IMG/VR virus record: IMGVR_UViG_3300035070_002626
Coordinates: 186,001 to 250,000 of that record
Length of the DNA stretch: 64,000 nt
Reading direction: 5' to 3' (one strand)
The translations under genes and the position numbers were made by a program. Under the pieces are notes generated by a model. It searched no databases and was not told the origin of the DNA. It saw only the letters and a list, made by a program, of their open reading frames with translations. Each line of letters opens with the position of its first letter. Position 1 is the stretch's first letter. Shown here one piece after another: positions 62,412 to 64,000 of the stretch.

Positions 62412-64000
62412 TTATGCTAGAGGCGTTTCTGCTGCAACTGCACCAGCATCGATGTCCACATCAATTTCCTCACCGCCTGCTTCGATGTCACCGCCGGTTT
62501 CAATATCTGCATCAAAATCAGCAGGACTAACACCAACTGTGCGTAAATCTTTGCCCATTGGTTCAAGTTCACTTGGTTGTCCAGTTTCTTCACTCCACAA
62601 TTTCGAGTTTTCTTGCAACTCGTCGTCAGTGAGACCCAGGTAACGTTTCATAAGAAAACGCTTGCTCATGTAGGGAATTTGCTCTAATGTGCTAAACGCT
62701 TGCATACGAGTTGTATCAAGTTCAGCTTGGCGATAACTAGCAAAATTCTGTGGTGGTGCAAACTTGATGTTAAACAACCCACTGTCAATATTAAAGCCTC
62801 TCCAGCGCAAAAACATTTTAAATTCATCATCAAGTTTTTGACAAATTTGCTTTTGCAGTCTTTCACAATACTGATTAAATCTGTATTCTTGTATAAGTGC
62901 AGTACCAACACGCCCATCGTTCATTGGGCGATCACTGTCGTCTGGGCCAGTTGGAAGGTAACTGCTTGGAACACGAAGTCCTCTGCACATCTTGTTGTTA
63001 AAGTATTTTAAGTCATCAATTTGACCTAAGTTCTCGCCGCCTGGAAGTGTTTCAACTTTAGAACCACGACCTTCTGCTGTTTGTGGGAAGAAGTAGTCTT
63101 CGTTGATTGACAATGGATTGTATGTAGTATCCATTGTAGTACCAGCTTGTCCGCCTTGTTGATTAGGAATACGTCTTTGGTGCACTTCATTTTTAACACG
63201 TTCAACAAACTGCATAGCAAGGTGACTTGGCATGTTGCCTACATCAATATAGAATACTCTGCGCTCTGGTGCACGTTGTACACGATAGATTAGAATCGAG
63301 TCTTCAAGTAGTTCTTTTTGTTTGAATACTTTGAAAATCATTTCAAGTATACTTTGACTAAACGGCCAATAAAAATCCAAGCCTTCACTAAGTCCAAGGT
63401 GAACTATGTTTTTAGCATCAATCACTGTTTCGTTTATAGTGTGTTCAAATCTACTTTGTCCACCAGCAAGAGGCGCATTTGGGATAGTGTAGTTTGAATT
63501 TGATCCACCGCTGCCCCCAATTGACCCTGCATTAGGATTTGATCCATAATCTGTAGTGCTTTTAGGAGCAATGCTTAAATTTTGAAAGTTGGGATTAATA
63601 TCACGAATAACGTATTGTTCGGGTTTCTTGCCTTCGTTTTCGTTAACAATAACTCTTACTACTTTGGTCATGTCGACCCAGTATAGTTCAAAGGTTTCTG
63701 GATCTCTAACAAAAACCTGATCGCCGTACTTCAACGTGTTTCGGAAGAGACGGAATATGCGTTGATCAAACTTGTTGAGTTTAGTCCACTGTTGTAGTTG
63801 TTTTCTAATAATCTCAATTTCGTTGTTTGTAGGAGTGTCAGCGTAATCAACTTCAAACGGTGTGCCGTTGCTTTCATTGGTTTGTGTTGCAAACTCAGCA
63901 ATAATATCTAAACACGCATTGATTTCACTGTCACAATCCATATTTTCATATTGATTATAACGTTCAATTCTGTTTGGATGTCCCGAATACACTTCTGGCA
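62412..64000 (-). CDS. gp20: Portal protein (N-terminus beyond the window edge)
   Basis: LLEDSILIYRVQRAPERRVFYIDVGNMP, EDYFFP, GRGSKVETLPGG, YFNNK, LRVPSS. Confidence 0.95.
   Translation of the reverse strand, partial: PEVYSGHPNRIERYNQYENMDCDSEINACLDIIAEFATQTNESNGTPFEVDYADTPTNNEIEIIRKQLQQWTKLNKFDQRIFRLFRNTLKYGDQVFVRDPETFELYWVDMTKVVRVIVNENEGKKPEQYVIRDINPNFQNLSIAPKSTTDYGSNPNAGSIGGSGGSNSNYTIPNAPLAGGQSRFEHTINETVIDAKNIVHLGLSEGLDFYWPFSQSILEMIFKVFKQKELLEDSILIYRVQRAPERRVFYIDVGNMPSHLAMQFVERVKNEVHQRRIPNQQGGQAGTTMDTTYNPLSINEDYFFPQTAEGRGSKVETLPGGENLGQIDDLKYFNNKMCRGLRVPSSYLPTGPDDSDRPMNDGRVGTALIQEYRFNQYCERLQKQICQKLDDEFKMFLRWRGFNIDSGLFNIKFAPPQNFASYRQAELDTTRMQAFSTLEQIPYMSKRFLMKRYLGLTDDELQENSKLWSEETGQPSELEPMGKDLRTVGVSPADFDADIETGGDIEAGGEEIDVDIDAGAVAAETPLA

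Noticed and set aside
1-64000. Stop-codon reassignment, tRNA genes, integrase or transposase
   Set aside because: Core genes are full length in the standard code with all three stops used; no cloverleaf or recombinase/transposase motifs were recognised by eye (tRNAscan not run).

Overview
64-kb fragment of a large T4-superfamily (contractile-tailed) dsDNA phage genome, roughly 40% GC by eye, standard genetic code, mostly encoded on the minus strand; it resembles uncultivated aquatic myoviruses and the host cannot be determined from sequence. Left to right: (1) 1-10.8 kb nucleotide-sugar/glycosylation cluster (FkbM methyltransferase, glycosyltransferases, cytidylyltransferase-cupin, Ugd, SDR, ColD-like PLP enzyme, HAD, nucleotidyltransferase-kinase fusion); (2) UvsY, UvsX, gp32; (3) a convergent 2OG-Fe(II) oxygenase pair; (4) terminase region with a run of acidic modular proteins that look like protease-processed internal-head polyproteins, one carrying a captured RpoD sigma-70 region 4 domain; (5) gp16-like, gp4, tail tube, sheath, neck; (6) an early-promoter island; (7) gp14/gp15-like and Nudix; (8) a 15-kb Ser/Thr/Gly-rich fibre cassette bracketed by two Maf/DUF115-like genes; (9) head module gp23-22-21-core-portal with a radical SAM insertion. 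TAAATA late promoters, several near-consensus sigma-70 promoters, UUCG terminators and three structured mRNA leaders are visible. No tRNA, CRISPR, integrase or reverse transcriptase was recognised. All family assignments are from motif recognition by eye, with no database searches.
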